A stretch of 64,000 nt of DNA from Candidatus Levyibacteriota bacterium (GTDB taxonomy: Bacteria; Patescibacteriota; Microgenomatia; Levybacterales; UBA12049), in assembly GCA_052034235.1 (NCBI GenBank), contig JBPOIT010000002.1:5939-69938 (forward strand), read 5' to 3'. Both the position numbers and the translations under genes were made by a program. Each line of letters opens with the position of its first letter. Position 1 is the first letter of the stretch. Below the pieces are notes generated by a model. That model made no database searches. It was not told the DNA's origin and worked only from the letters and a program-made list of their open reading frames with translations. Below are positions 22,127 through 31,974 of the stretch, piece by piece.

Positions 22127-22525
22127 ATGAAGCATATTGCACCTTCTCAAAAGATATATACTGCCAAATCTACTATTCCTCATGCTGATAGGGGAGTTTT
22201 TGCTGAGGTAGCAATTAAGGAAGGGGAGATTATTGAAGTGTGTCCGTTTATTGAAATTCATGATCCTGAAAGTTCGAATTTGGAGAATAACTTTCTCATT
22301 AACTATTATTATTTTTTTGGGGAGACAAAAGAGAGAGTACTTGTCGCTTTGGGTTTTGGGTCGCTCTACAATCATGATTATTCGCCAAACGCAGCTTATA
22401 CAATACATCCAGATGAACAGACAATTGTCTTTAGCGCAATAAAAAACATACGGAAAAATGAAGAAATAAAAGTGAACTACAATCACGGAAATGATGACTG
22501 CGCCCCTTTATGGTTTGAAGAATAA
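22127..22525 (+). CDS. SET-domain protein (putative lysine methyltransferase)
   Basis: RGVFA...IKEGEIIE, SLYNHDYSPNA, IRKNEEIKVNY. Confidence 0.88.
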   Translation: MKHIAPSQKIYTAKSTIPHADRGVFAEVAIKEGEIIEVCPFIEIHDPESSNLENNFLINYYYFFGETKERVLVALGFGSLYNHDYSPNAAYTIHPDEQTIVFSAIKNIRKNEEIKVNYNHGNDDCAPLWFEE

Positions 22526-22566
22526 GACAATATACGTATTACAATCTCAACTGTTATAATTAATCC

Positions 22567-22836
22567 ATGAGTACTATTGAAGAGATTGATAAACGTCTTC
22601 AAAAAATTGAAGAGAGAAATAAAAGTGTTGAATTAAACAAAGCGTGGGAAACAAGTTACACTCGTCGATTACTTATCTCAATTTTTACGTATCTCGCAAT
22701 TGCGCTTTATCTGCAATTTATTGTTGGTATCGATCCATGGATTAATGCAATTGTACCAACAATTGGTTTTTTACTTTCTACATTATCACTTCCATTTTTA
22801 AAAAAAGTCTGGGAGAAGTTTTTCTATAAGAAATAA
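22567..22836 (+). CDS. Small two-TM hypothetical membrane protein
   Basis: IEERNKSVELNKAWETSYTRR followed by two TM helices. Confidence 0.65.
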   Translation: MSTIEEIDKRLQKIEERNKSVELNKAWETSYTRRLLISIFTYLAIALYLQFIVGIDPWINAIVPTIGFLLSTLSLPFLKKVWEKFFYKK

Positions 22837-22854
22837 AGAATATATAATAATTCT

Positions 22855-23217
22855 ATGAAACCAACAACTGTTGATGAATATATTGCTGCCGCACCTGAGG
22901 AGACGAGAGAGAAACTAAAAGAACTGCGTGAGATTATTCGTAGTGTTGCTCCAATGGCGGAGGAGAAGCTAAGTTACAGTATGCCTTATTATGGGTATAA
23001 GGGGAGACTGGTGTATTTTGGGTTTGCAAAAAAACATGTTGGATTATATCTTCCGCCGCCGGTTGTTGAAGAATATGCAGAAGAACTTAAAATGTACGAG
23101 ACATCTAAATCAGCCGTACAGTTTCCCTTAGAAGAAAAACTTCCCGTTGCTCTTATAAAAAAGCTCGTTGTTGCTCGAATAAAAATAAATGACGCGATGG
23201 CTATAGAAAAAAAGTAA
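22855..23217 (+). CDS. DUF1801 (YdhG-like) protein
   Basis: TVDEYI, LREII, EEKLSYSMPYY, KKHVGLY, LIKKLV. Confidence 0.85.
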   Translation: MKPTTVDEYIAAAPEETREKLKELREIIRSVAPMAEEKLSYSMPYYGYKGRLVYFGFAKKHVGLYLPPPVVEEYAEELKMYETSKSAVQFPLEEKLPVALIKKLVVARIKINDAMAIEKK

Positions 23218-23227
23218 AAGAAATATC

Positions 23228-23256
23228 TTGACATATACCCCTAGGGGGTATAATAT
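23228..23256 (+). promoter_or_regulatory. copA promoter with CsoR/RcnR-type operator
   Basis: TTGACA, then the palindrome ATACCCC-TAG-GGGGTAT overlapping the -10. Confidence 0.8.
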
Positions 23257-23262
23257 TGAGGT

Positions 23263-25533
23263 ATGACTTCTCGTTCATATCAAGTAAATGGAATGCACTG
23301 TGCGAGCTGTAGTTCCATTATCTCCAAAAAACTTAACAAACTTCCAGGTGTGGATTCATGCTATGTTAATTTCGCCACAGAACAGGCACGTATTTCGTAC
23401 GATTCTGAAAAGGTAACAACAGAACAGATGAATCATGAAATTAATAAATTAGGATATAACCTTATCTCCCATGAAGAAAATCATAATGAATCGATGGATC
23501 ATTCAGAGCATTTAGGACTTACGCAATCAAAAGAAGACAAGCTCAAAGAACTTGCAAACCTTGAATCAAAAGTTGCATTTGTTTTACCAATTACTCTTAT
23601 GGTGTTTTCCCTTATGTTGTGGGATATCTTGTCTCAAGTTGGAGGGTTTCCTTCATTGCCAATTGAGATGGAGCTTTTTACAGCGATTTTATTTGTGTTA
23701 GCATCAATCGTTTTGTTTTGGATTGGGAGACCATATATAGATGCAGTTGTAAGATTTGCAAAATATCGTGTTTCAAATATGGACTCTTTAGTAGGAATAG
23801 GAACGCTGACTGCGTATCTTTATAGCAGTATCATATTTTTATTCCCACAGATAAAGACAGCATTATCACTTCCTGACTATACCTATTTTGATATCACTAT
23901 TGTTGTTATTGGTTTTATAACATTAGGCAAGTATCTTGAAACCCGTTCAAAACTGCAAACTGGTGAAGCGATTGAAAAACTCATCAACCTGCAAGCAAAA
24001 ACGGCTTTGGTTTTAAGAGATAACAAAGAAGTTCAAATTGCACTTTCAGAAGTACGTGTCGGAGATATTATGATCGTCAAGCCAGGAATGAAACTTCCTG
24101 TTGATGGAATTGTTTTCAGCGGGAGTTCTTCTATTGATGAATCAATGATAAGTGGAGAACCATTGCCTGTTGAGAAAAAGAAAGGTGATAGTGTTATCGG
24201 CGCGACTATCAATAAGCAAGGGAGTTTTCAGTATCGTGCAACCAAAGTTGGTTCCCAAACAATGCTTGCTCAAATTATCAAACTTGTTGAAAATGCGCAG
24301 GGGTCAAAAGCGCAGATTCAAAACCTTGCAGATAAAGTCTCGGCTGTCTTTATCCCAAGCGTTCTTATTATTGCTGTTGTCACGTTTTTTCTTTGGTTAA
24401 CAATTGGTGCATATTTTCTGGGGATGACAGCTGCATTCTCGTATGGGCTCTTGGCATTTGTTGGTATTCTTGTTATTGCCTGTCCTTGTGCATTAGGTCT
24501 TGCAACACCAACTGCAATAATCGTCGGTGTAGGAAAAGGTGCTAGTCATGGGATATTAATAAAAGACGCAGAGAGTCTGGAAAATTTACATACAATAGAT
24601 ACCATCGTTTTTGATAAGACAGGAACTATTACAAATGGAACACCCACGGTCACAAACATTGTCTCATTTGAAAAATCTTATTCAGAAAAAGAGGTACTGC
24701 AGTATGCCGGCAGTCTTGAAAACCTTTCAGAACATCCATTAGCAAATGCAATTGTTCAGAGTTTCAAAAAAACAGGAGGTTCTATACTTAAAGTAAATTC
24801 ATTTAAAGAACATGAAGGGATTGGTGTTGAAGGGATAGTTGAGCAAAAAAAGATGATTGTTAGAAAGCCCTCAAAAGACGAACAACAACTTGCAGCTATC
24901 AGTACAATGCAGTCTCAAGGAAACACCGTTGTTGTTTTGGAAATAGAGAAAAAAATTGTTGGAATACTTGCTCTTAATGACACTGTTAAACCGAACGCAA
25001 AACAAGCTATTAATCGATTACATGATATGGGTATAAAAACAGTAATGCTGTCAGGTGACAATAAACAGGCAGCAGCCTTTATTGCCGAAAAAGTGGGTAT
25101 TGATGTCGTTAAAGCAGAAGTGCTTCCTCAAGAAAAAGCGCACATAATCAAGCAGTTACAAAAAGATGGAAAAAATGTCGCAATGGTAGGGGATGGTATC
25201 AACGATGCACCCGCGTTAAGTGAAGCAAAAGTAGGTTTTGCGATGGCAACAGGTTCAGATATCGCTATTGATTCGGCCAGTATCACTATTCTTGGTGGAT
25301 CAATAGAAAAAGTTCCGCAAGCAGTTATGCTTTCAAGAGCAACAATTCGTACAATAAAACAAAACTTGTTCTGGGCTTTCATATATAATATTATTGGTAT
25401 TCCATTAGCTGCAGGCGTGTTGTATCCGCTGTTTGGATTGTTTCTCAATCCGGTTTTTGCGGGATTTGCGATGGCGTTATCATCTGTGTCTGTTGTTGGT
25501 AATTCGTTATTATTAAGGAAAGGGAAAATTTAA
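23263..25533 (+). CDS. copA: Cu(I)-translocating P1B-ATPase
   Basis: [36 protein letters not shown]...P and MALSS motifs. Confidence 0.95.
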   Translation: MTSRSYQVNGMHCASCSSIISKKLNKLPGVDSCYVNFATEQARISYDSEKVTTEQMNHEINKLGYNLISHEENHNESMDHSEHLGLTQSKEDKLKELANLESKVAFVLPITLMVFSLMLWDILSQVGGFPSLPIEMELFTAILFVLASIVLFWIGRPYIDAVVRFAKYRVSNMDSLVGIGTLTAYLYSSIIFLFPQIKTALSLPDYTYFDITIVVIGFITLGKYLETRSKLQTGEAIEKLINLQAKTALVLRDNKEVQIALSEVRVGDIMIVKPGMKLPVDGIVFSGSSSIDESMISGEPLPVEKKKGDSVIGATINKQGSFQYRATKVGSQTMLAQIIKLVENAQGSKAQIQNLADKVSAVFIPSVLIIAVVTFFLWLTIGAYFLGMTAAFSYGLLAFVGILVIACPCALGLATPTAIIVGVGKGASHGILIKDAESLENLHTIDTIVFDKTGTITNGTPTVTNIVSFEKSYSEKEVLQYAGSLENLSEHPLANAIVQSFKKTGGSILKVNSFKEHEGIGVEGIVEQKKMIVRKPSKDEQQLAAISTMQSQGNTVVVLEIEKKIVGILALNDTVKPNAKQAINRLHDMGIKTVMLSGDNKQAAAFIAEKVGIDVVKAEVLPQEKAHIIKQLQKDGKNVAMVGDGINDAPALSEAKVGFAMATGSDIAIDSASITILGGSIEKVPQAVMLSRATIRTIKQNLFWAFIYNIIGIPLAAGVLYPLFGLFLNPVFAGFAMALSSVSVVGNSLLLRKGKI

Positions 25534-25534
25534 T

Positions 25535-26548
25535 ATGGATCTACTTGTTATTTTCATTACTGGTTTAACTGTTGGCGGGCTTACATGTTTAGCTGTCCAA
25601 GGTGGCCTCCTTGCATCAGTTATTGCTGCGAGAGAAGAGGAGTCAACAAGAAACAAAAAAGCGCATGCCTTTTACGCGACTGGAATCTTTTTGAGTTCTA
25701 AATTAGTAGCGTATACACTTTTGGGTTTTTTTCTGGGTGCCTTTGGAGGAGCAATAAATATCAGTGATACAGTCCAAAGTATCATGCAGCTATTAGCCGG
25801 TGTTTATATGATTATTGTTGCGCTCAACTTACTCAATATTCATCCCATATTCAGATATGCAATTATTCAGCCGCCAAGATTCTTAACTCGAATGGTCCGA
25901 AATCAGTCGAGATCAAAAGACATATTTTCACCTGCGCTTTTGGGAGCCATGACAATATTTATTCCTTGCGGCACAACGCTTGCAATGGAAACTTTAGCAA
26001 TCAGTAGCGCCAATGCTTTTACAGGAGCTGCGATTATGGGCATATTTACACTGGGAACAATACCATTATTTTTCGGAATTGGAGTCGTGACATCAGTACT
26101 AGGAGATATGTATAAAACGAGATTTCTTAAACTTGCAGCAATAGCACTAATTTATTTGGGGCTGACATCTATTAACGGTGCGTTTATTGTGCTTGGTTTT
26201 CCACTTAATTCTCAAATATTTGCACAAAACACCGAACAGCCTGTGCAAAAAAATGAAAAGAAACTGTACAGTGAAGCGCCTAAACAGCAGAACATAACGA
26301 TACGCATTACTTCAGAGGGGTATTCTCCGAATTATATAAAAGTGAAGAAAGGCCAACCTGTCACATTGACGCTCAACAGTAAAGATGCATTCAGTTGCGC
26401 TCTCGCGTTTCGTATTCCTGAATATGGTATCAGCAAAAATTTACATCCAACAGAAACACAGACTGTTACTTTTACTCCGCAAAAGACAGGGAAAATTCCA
26501 TTTGCTTGCTCGATGGGGATGTACACGGGGGTGATTGAGGTAATATGA
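25535..26548 (+). CDS. DsbD_2/TauE-like membrane protein fused to a cupredoxin domain
   Basis: TCLAVQGG and FIPCG Cys motifs; C-terminal YSPN...SCA...FACSMGMYTG. Confidence 0.8.
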   Translation: MDLLVIFITGLTVGGLTCLAVQGGLLASVIAAREEESTRNKKAHAFYATGIFLSSKLVAYTLLGFFLGAFGGAINISDTVQSIMQLLAGVYMIIVALNLLNIHPIFRYAIIQPPRFLTRMVRNQSRSKDIFSPALLGAMTIFIPCGTTLAMETLAISSANAFTGAAIMGIFTLGTIPLFFGIGVVTSVLGDMYKTRFLKLAAIALIYLGLTSINGAFIVLGFPLNSQIFAQNTEQPVQKNEKKLYSEAPKQQNITIRITSEGYSPNYIKVKKGQPVTLTLNSKDAFSCALAFRIPEYGISKNLHPTETQTVTFTPQKTGKIPFACSMGMYTGVIEVI

Positions 26549-26769
26549 GCATCATAAAAAAGAAATTTACTATCGAAGGGATGCATTGCACTTCGTGTGC
26601 AATGAATATTGATTTTGACCTAGAAGATCTTCCTGGAATAAAAATAGCAAAAACAAGCTATGCGAAACAACAAACACAAGTTACGTATGATGAAGAAAAG
26701 GTAACTGCAAAAAATATTTGTGAAACTATCGGAAAAACCGGATATAAAGCATCTCTCGCCACAAAATAG
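26545..26769 (+). CDS. copZ: Copper chaperone (HMA domain)
   Basis: GMHCTSC, TGY; 74 aa; in the copA operon. Confidence 0.85.
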   Translation: MSIIKKKFTIEGMHCTSCAMNIDFDLEDLPGIKIAKTSYAKQQTQVTYDEEKVTAKNICETIGKTGYKASLATK

Positions 26770-26825
26770 CCCTGTTGTGATCTGGGTCATCGCACTATTT
26801 GTGTTAACGCATTAGTATACAGGTA

Positions 26826-27308
26826 ATGAAAAAAGATCCGTCAATTTGTTGTTCGCCGCTTGAAACGGCTTTATGGCAGGAGAAGACGCATGTATGGAAA
26901 GAGAAGCTCTTTTTACAAGATCAAGTTATCCAGTTTATGCATATACCCCTTAACATGTCACAAGTCGTAACGCGGATGTTTAAGAAAATTGAAGATACTG
27001 ATGTCTGTCCACCTGAGAAAGAGTTTCTTATGCTAGCGTATGATCCGTCGCCGTGGAAGTCTGAGATTTCGATGACAATAACCAAACCTATTCAAGGTGA
27101 AAAAATGACCAAACTATCAGGCACGTTTGTCAGTAAAGTATTTGACGGGCCGTATCATTATGTCCCCAAATGGATAAAGGAGATGGATGCATATCTAGCT
27201 TCTCATAAACAATCACCAATGAAATATTATTTTCATTATGCTTATTGTCCTAAATGCGCGAAAAAGTATGGACACAACTATTGTATTGCATTTGCACAGG
27301 TAAAATAA
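26826..27308 (+). CDS. Hypothetical protein, GyrI-like small-molecule-binding fold suspected, Cys-rich
   Basis: CC near the N-terminus, FDGPY, YCPKCAKKYGHNY. Confidence 0.55.
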   Translation: MKKDPSICCSPLETALWQEKTHVWKEKLFLQDQVIQFMHIPLNMSQVVTRMFKKIEDTDVCPPEKEFLMLAYDPSPWKSEISMTITKPIQGEKMTKLSGTFVSKVFDGPYHYVPKWIKEMDAYLASHKQSPMKYYFHYAYCPKCAKKYGHNYCIAFAQVK

Positions 27309-27313
27309 TTTCT

Positions 27314-27466
27314 ATGACAATAAACAAAGAGTGGCATCTTGCTCATAAAATGCCAAAAAATCCTACAGAAGAGCAGCGAGCGAAGTGGCATAAGGAACAT
27401 GCCAAACACTGCGAGTGCCGCGTAGTTTCCCCTAAGATTCAGGAACTGATTGATAAATATAACTGA
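27314..27466 (+). CDS. 50-aa His/Cys-containing small protein
   Basis: MTINKEWHLAHKMP...WHKEHAKHCECR; ATG 5 nt after the upstream stop. Confidence 0.6.
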   Translation: MTINKEWHLAHKMPKNPTEEQRAKWHKEHAKHCECRVVSPKIQELIDKYN

Positions 27467-27556
27467 ACCCGGTTGCCACAAAAAGCAAAGTGTGTTAATA
27501 TATCATTTATTAAATCTTTATAGGTCACGTCACTGCCTCACAATCTGTCCTTTGCT

Positions 27557-28363
27557 ATGAAAAAAATTATATATAGTATCTCAGTTTTTGGTTTATTACT
27601 TCTCTTACTGTTTCTCCCGGAAAGTGTAGAAGCAAACAATTCGTGGAACAATTATCACTGGCCAAGGAGCAAGAATCCATTTAATCTCACACTTGGTGAT
27701 AATCTGTCCTCGCAATGGGATTCATATCTTTCATCAGCTTCCTATGATTGGGGGAGGTCATCACGGTTTGATACAAAGATTGTGCAGGGACGAATAAATG
27801 CCACCACATGTAAAGGCAGTACCGCAAATATCCAGGTTTGTAATGCCTCGTACGGTACAACTGGTTGGTTAGGTTTGGCACAACTTGGAGTTAATGGGGA
27901 TCATATTTCATACGCGTCAGTCAAACTTAATGATACCTATTTCACCATGTCACGATATAATACTTCAGCTTGGAAGAGACTTGTGATGTGTCAAGAAATC
28001 GGACATGCGCTTGGTCTTGATCATCAGGACGAGAATTTCAGTAATAAACCCATTGGAACATGTATGGATTACACGAGTGATCCGGTACCTAATCAAAAAC
28101 CCAATATAGCAGATTATTACACACTGTTAGATGTGTACAGACATTTGGATACAGGTGTTGCAGAAGGAACAGCAATTGCTGTTGATGACACAAGTATTGC
28201 AGGAGGAACTGACGAAAATGATTGGGGCAAACTCGTTGCGGGAACAGATCGAAGAGGAGGAGCAACAACTCTGGCAAGTGATACGAGCCATGTGGCAACG
28301 TTTGAAAAAGATTTAGGTAACGGAAAAAAAGTAAACACCATTGTCATCTGGGTACAGGAATAA
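27557..28363 (+). CDS. Secreted metzincin-like protein with QExxHxxGxxH variant motif
   Basis: Signal peptide; CQEIGHALGLDH, Met-turn TCMDY. Confidence 0.75.
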   Translation: MKKIIYSISVFGLLLLLLFLPESVEANNSWNNYHWPRSKNPFNLTLGDNLSSQWDSYLSSASYDWGRSSRFDTKIVQGRINATTCKGSTANIQVCNASYGTTGWLGLAQLGVNGDHISYASVKLNDTYFTMSRYNTSAWKRLVMCQEIGHALGLDHQDENFSNKPIGTCMDYTSDPVPNQKPNIADYYTLLDVYRHLDTGVAEGTAIAVDDTSIAGGTDENDWGKLVAGTDRRGGATTLASDTSHVATFEKDLGNGKKVNTIVIWVQE

Positions 28364-28404
28364 TCATATGATTTACATTCATATGTGGTACAATTATCTC
28401 AACT

Positions 28405-28791
28405 ATGCAAATTAACTTCGTCGCAGCATTTCTAGCCTCATTTACAGGACTTGTTCTGGGTTATCTTTGGTATTCAGTATTTTTTGCCAAACAGTGGCAA
28501 AAGCTTTCAGGTGTAACAGATGCACAGCTTAATAAAGGTATGCCGAAAAGGGCACTGGGTTCATTTCTCCTGACATTCGTTATGTCACTTAACCTCGCAG
28601 CGTTCATAGGAACTGAAGCTGATGGTATGTTTGGCCTTTTTGCAGGATTCGCTGCAGGTTTTGGGTGGGTTGGGGTATCATTTGCTATTAATTATATGTT
28701 CGAACATCGTCCTTTCAAATTACTTCTTATAAATGGAGGATATTTCACCGTTCTTCTCACAATCAGTGGCTTCATTATTGGCCTCATGTAA
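28405..28791 (+). CDS. DUF1761 membrane protein
   Basis: LGYLWYS..FAKQW, FEHRPFKLLLINGGY. Confidence 0.85.
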   Translation: MQINFVAAFLASFTGLVLGYLWYSVFFAKQWQKLSGVTDAQLNKGMPKRALGSFLLTFVMSLNLAAFIGTEADGMFGLFAGFAAGFGWVGVSFAINYMFEHRPFKLLLINGGYFTVLLTISGFIIGLM

Positions 28792-28872
28792 TTCCACAAC
28801 AGTTAATCAACTCAAAAAGTTTAGACGTTTTCAGCATGGCTAATCCTCACAAAAAACATACAGGGATCTTAC

Positions 28873-28896
28873 TTATTTAAGTCTTGACTTAAATAA
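28873..28896. promoter_or_regulatory. ArsR/SmtB-type operator (perfect 11-2-11 inverted repeat)
   Basis: TTATTTAAGTC-tt-GACTTAAATAA, 16 nt upstream of the ArsR start. Confidence 0.75.
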
Positions 28897-28912
28897 TAAC
28901 TTCATATATCAT

Positions 28913-29251
28913 ATGTCCATTATGGATATGTTCACAGCACTTGCTGAACCTACTCGCCGCAATATCTTAGAGATGCTCGCTAACTCGGGGGAGATGTCAG
29001 CGAGTGATATCTGCAGTAAATTTACCTCATCCGCTCCTGCAATTTCACAACATTTGAAAGTACTTCGTGATGCTGATTTGGTATCCGTTGAAAAGAGAGC
29101 GCAGCAGCGAATATATGCAATCAACCCAGATAAATTGACAGAACTTGAGCTGTGGATAAAAAAATTGACAAGGCAGTGGGAAGAGAAATTCTCTAGATTA
29201 GATGCCCTGCTGCAAGAAGAAAAGAAAAAATTGAAAGGGGGTGAAAAATAA
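28913..29251 (+). CDS. ArsR/SmtB-family transcriptional regulator
   Basis: ALAEPTRRNIL, PAISQHLKVLRDADLV, QQRIY. Confidence 0.92.
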   Translation: MSIMDMFTALAEPTRRNILEMLANSGEMSASDICSKFTSSAPAISQHLKVLRDADLVSVEKRAQQRIYAINPDKLTELELWIKKLTRQWEEKFSRLDALLQEEKKKLKGGEK

Positions 29252-29754
29252 TGACAGAACTAAAAGAAATAATGATAGAAAGAGTGTTTGATGCCCCGAG
29301 AGAATTGGTTTGGAAGTATTGGACAGAACCAGAGATGATTCAGAAATGGTGGGGACCTGAAACATTCACAGCTCCAAGTATTAAAGTTGATTTAAAAGTT
29401 GGCGGCAAATATATCTTTGCCATGAAGGGACCAGATGGTTCTGAATGGGATCAAGTTATGTACAGTGCTGGTGTCTACAAGGAAATAGTTCCTCACGAAA
29501 AATTAGTTGTTACAGACTATTTTTCAGACGAAGACGGAAACATGATGAATCCTGATCAGTTTGGACAAGATTCAAATTTCCCAAAAGAATCAACAGTAAC
29601 AGTGCTTTTTGAAGAAATTGAAGGAGGTAAAACCAAGCTGTCAGTTATCTATCCAAAACCTGAAACGGAAGCACAAATGGAAGCAATTCTTAAGAGCCAG
29701 ATGACTGAAGGTTGGCAATCAAGTTTCAATAAACTCGAGGCGAGTTTGAAATAA
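29251..29754 (+). CDS. SRPBCC/AHSA1-like domain protein
   Basis: ERVFDAPRELVW..WT.P...KWWGP, DLKVGG, GWQSSFNKL. Confidence 0.9.
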   Translation: MTELKEIMIERVFDAPRELVWKYWTEPEMIQKWWGPETFTAPSIKVDLKVGGKYIFAMKGPDGSEWDQVMYSAGVYKEIVPHEKLVVTDYFSDEDGNMMNPDQFGQDSNFPKESTVTVLFEEIEGGKTKLSVIYPKPETEAQMEAILKSQMTEGWQSSFNKLEASLK

Positions 29755-29802
29755 GAGTGAAATCAAATCCGCCAGAGGTGGGAAGAAAGGGGGTGAAAAC
29801 AT

Positions 29803-30327
29803 ATGGCAGACATAAAACAAAAAATTACACCATGTTTGTGGTTTGATATGGAATGCGAAGAGGCAATAAACATGTATGTTGACCTTTTTAACAACAGACC
29901 AGGAGTTAAAGGAAAAACATCACAGATTGTGCATATAGAACGTTACCCGGAAGGCGTTGAAGAAGAGCACATGAAAGGAATGGAAGGGAAAATTATTACC
30001 TCAATTTTTGAACTGGATGGACAAACCTTTCAAGCACTGGATGGCGGCCCAATCTTTAAATTCAACGAAGCAATTTCGCTTTCCGTTGAATGTGAAGATC
30101 AGGAAGAAGTTGATTACTTCTGGGAAAAACTCTCAGCAGTTCCCGAATCCGAACAATGTGGTTGGTTGAAAGATAAATATGGTCTTTCATGGCAAATCGT
30201 CCCTAAGCAAATGGGAGCGATGTTAACCTCGTCTGATAAAGAAAAAGCAGGTAGAGCAATGATGGCTATGCTTCAAATGAAGAAAATAGATATCAAAAAA
30301 CTTCAAGAAGCATATGATGGGAATTAA
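29803..30327 (+). CDS. VOC family (3-demethylubiquinone-9 3-methyltransferase-like) protein
   Basis: QKITPCLWF, FKFNEAIS, QEEVDYFWEKL, CGWLKDKYGLSWQIVP, MKKIDI. Confidence 0.9.
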   Translation: MADIKQKITPCLWFDMECEEAINMYVDLFNNRPGVKGKTSQIVHIERYPEGVEEEHMKGMEGKIITSIFELDGQTFQALDGGPIFKFNEAISLSVECEDQEEVDYFWEKLSAVPESEQCGWLKDKYGLSWQIVPKQMGAMLTSSDKEKAGRAMMAMLQMKKIDIKKLQEAYDGN

Positions 30328-30477
30328 CCAAAATGTAATTACTTTTGAACACCCTCTCCTTGATAGGAGAGGGAAAGGCAATGAGGTATCTTTGGGTATT
30401 CATAAGAAAAGTAACATGTTACAATAGTTATTCATTATTAACCAACATTTACTCCATTAGGTATAAAGGAAACATCT

Positions 30478-31902
30478 ATGACAAACAAGCAACCAGTAAA
30501 TAAACAAGTTATCCTGTGGCTATTGGCACTCACCATGTTTTTGGTCGTGCTTGATAGTGCAATTGTGAATGTGGCATTGCCTGCGATTAAATCGGCCCTG
30601 CATTTTGATGACGCCTCGTTGCAATGGGTGTTGACTGCATATATTCTCACGTTTGGCGGATTTCTCATGCTGGGGGGGAGAACAGCTGATCTTTATGGAA
30701 GACGAAGGGTATTGGTTGCTGGCATTGGTGGATTCACACTCTTTTCGCTGCTCATCGGTTTATCAACGACAAGTACGATGATGGTCGCGTTTCGTGCACT
30801 ACAAGGGCTTGCAGCAGCCTTTATGGCACCAACTGCGCTCTCAATACTGTTAACGACCTTTGAAGAAGGCCCGGAGCGTCATAAGGCACTCAGTGTATGG
30901 AGCATCGTTGCATCAGGGGGAGCAGCCGCAGGCGTGTTTCTTGGTGGTGTGTTAACACAATATTTCGGTTGGCAATGGTGCTTTTTTGTGAATGTACCAG
31001 TTGGAATTGCTGCCATGTATTTTATCCAGAAACATATTCCTGCACATATTAAGGAAGCAAAGGATAAGCATCTCGATTTGCCAGGGGCTGTTCTTATTAC
31101 CGGCGGACTTATGTCACTTGTTTACGGGCTCACTGTCGCTTCTGAATTAGGTTGGACTGCTATTGCTACGTTTACTTCATTTGGCGTCAGTATTTTATTA
31201 CTTGTAGCATTTCTTTTTAATGAGACAAAATCAAAACATCCGCTCGTGCCGCTTAGTATTTTTCGAATTAGAAACGTTGTCGGGGGAAACTTAATGCTGC
31301 TTCCGATTGTTGCGGGTGCCATGGGGCAATTCTTCTTTTTATCGCAGTATATTCAAAATGTGTTGAAATATCCGCCATCACTTAGCGGGCTTTCATTTCT
31401 TCCCATTCCACTTATCATCGGCGTTATTTCATATAATTCTCCTAAATTACTTAGTAGATTCGGTTTTAAACCTCTCCTTATTGTAGGAACGTGTTTGATT
31501 ACCTCAGGTATTTTCATATTGAGTTTTATCGGTGCAGACACGCCGTATTTTACACATTTACTGCCTGCCTTTGTCTTGTTAGCAAGCGGCTTTGGTATAA
31601 CTTTTGTTTCCATCACCGTTGCTGCGACATCCGGCGTTTCTCCGGATAAATCAGGGCTTGTGGCAGGTTTAATTAATACAGCACAACAAATTGGAGGAGC
31701 ATTGGGATTAGCTATCTTGGCAGTAGTCGCACACACCGCAACTGTTGCATCACTAGCCGCAGGCCAATCTGAAACACAGGCCGCTGTTGATGGATACCAT
31801 TATGCGTTTCTTACAGCATCAGCACTGATGGTTGTTGCACTGATGGTTGGCATCTTTATTATCCAAACGCCGAAAACCGCACCTGCTCCTGAAGTAAAAT
31901 AA
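30478..31902 (+). CDS. MFS drug:H+ antiporter (DHA2, 14 TM)
   Basis: LDSAIVNVALP, WVLTAY, GGRTADLYGRRR, GWQWCFFVNVPVG. Confidence 0.93.
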   Translation: MTNKQPVNKQVILWLLALTMFLVVLDSAIVNVALPAIKSALHFDDASLQWVLTAYILTFGGFLMLGGRTADLYGRRRVLVAGIGGFTLFSLLIGLSTTSTMMVAFRALQGLAAAFMAPTALSILLTTFEEGPERHKALSVWSIVASGGAAAGVFLGGVLTQYFGWQWCFFVNVPVGIAAMYFIQKHIPAHIKEAKDKHLDLPGAVLITGGLMSLVYGLTVASELGWTAIATFTSFGVSILLLVAFLFNETKSKHPLVPLSIFRIRNVVGGNLMLLPIVAGAMGQFFFLSQYIQNVLKYPPSLSGLSFLPIPLIIGVISYNSPKLLSRFGFKPLLIVGTCLITSGIFILSFIGADTPYFTHLLPAFVLLASGFGITFVSITVAATSGVSPDKSGLVAGLINTAQQIGGALGLAILAVVAHTATVASLAAGQSETQAAVDGYHYAFLTASALMVVALMVGIFIIQTPKTAPAPEVK

Positions 31903-31974
31903 GAGGTAACTAAATACTATTTAGCTTTACTGGTGAATAAAATAAGCATACATTAGGATATTAGAAAGAAGAAG

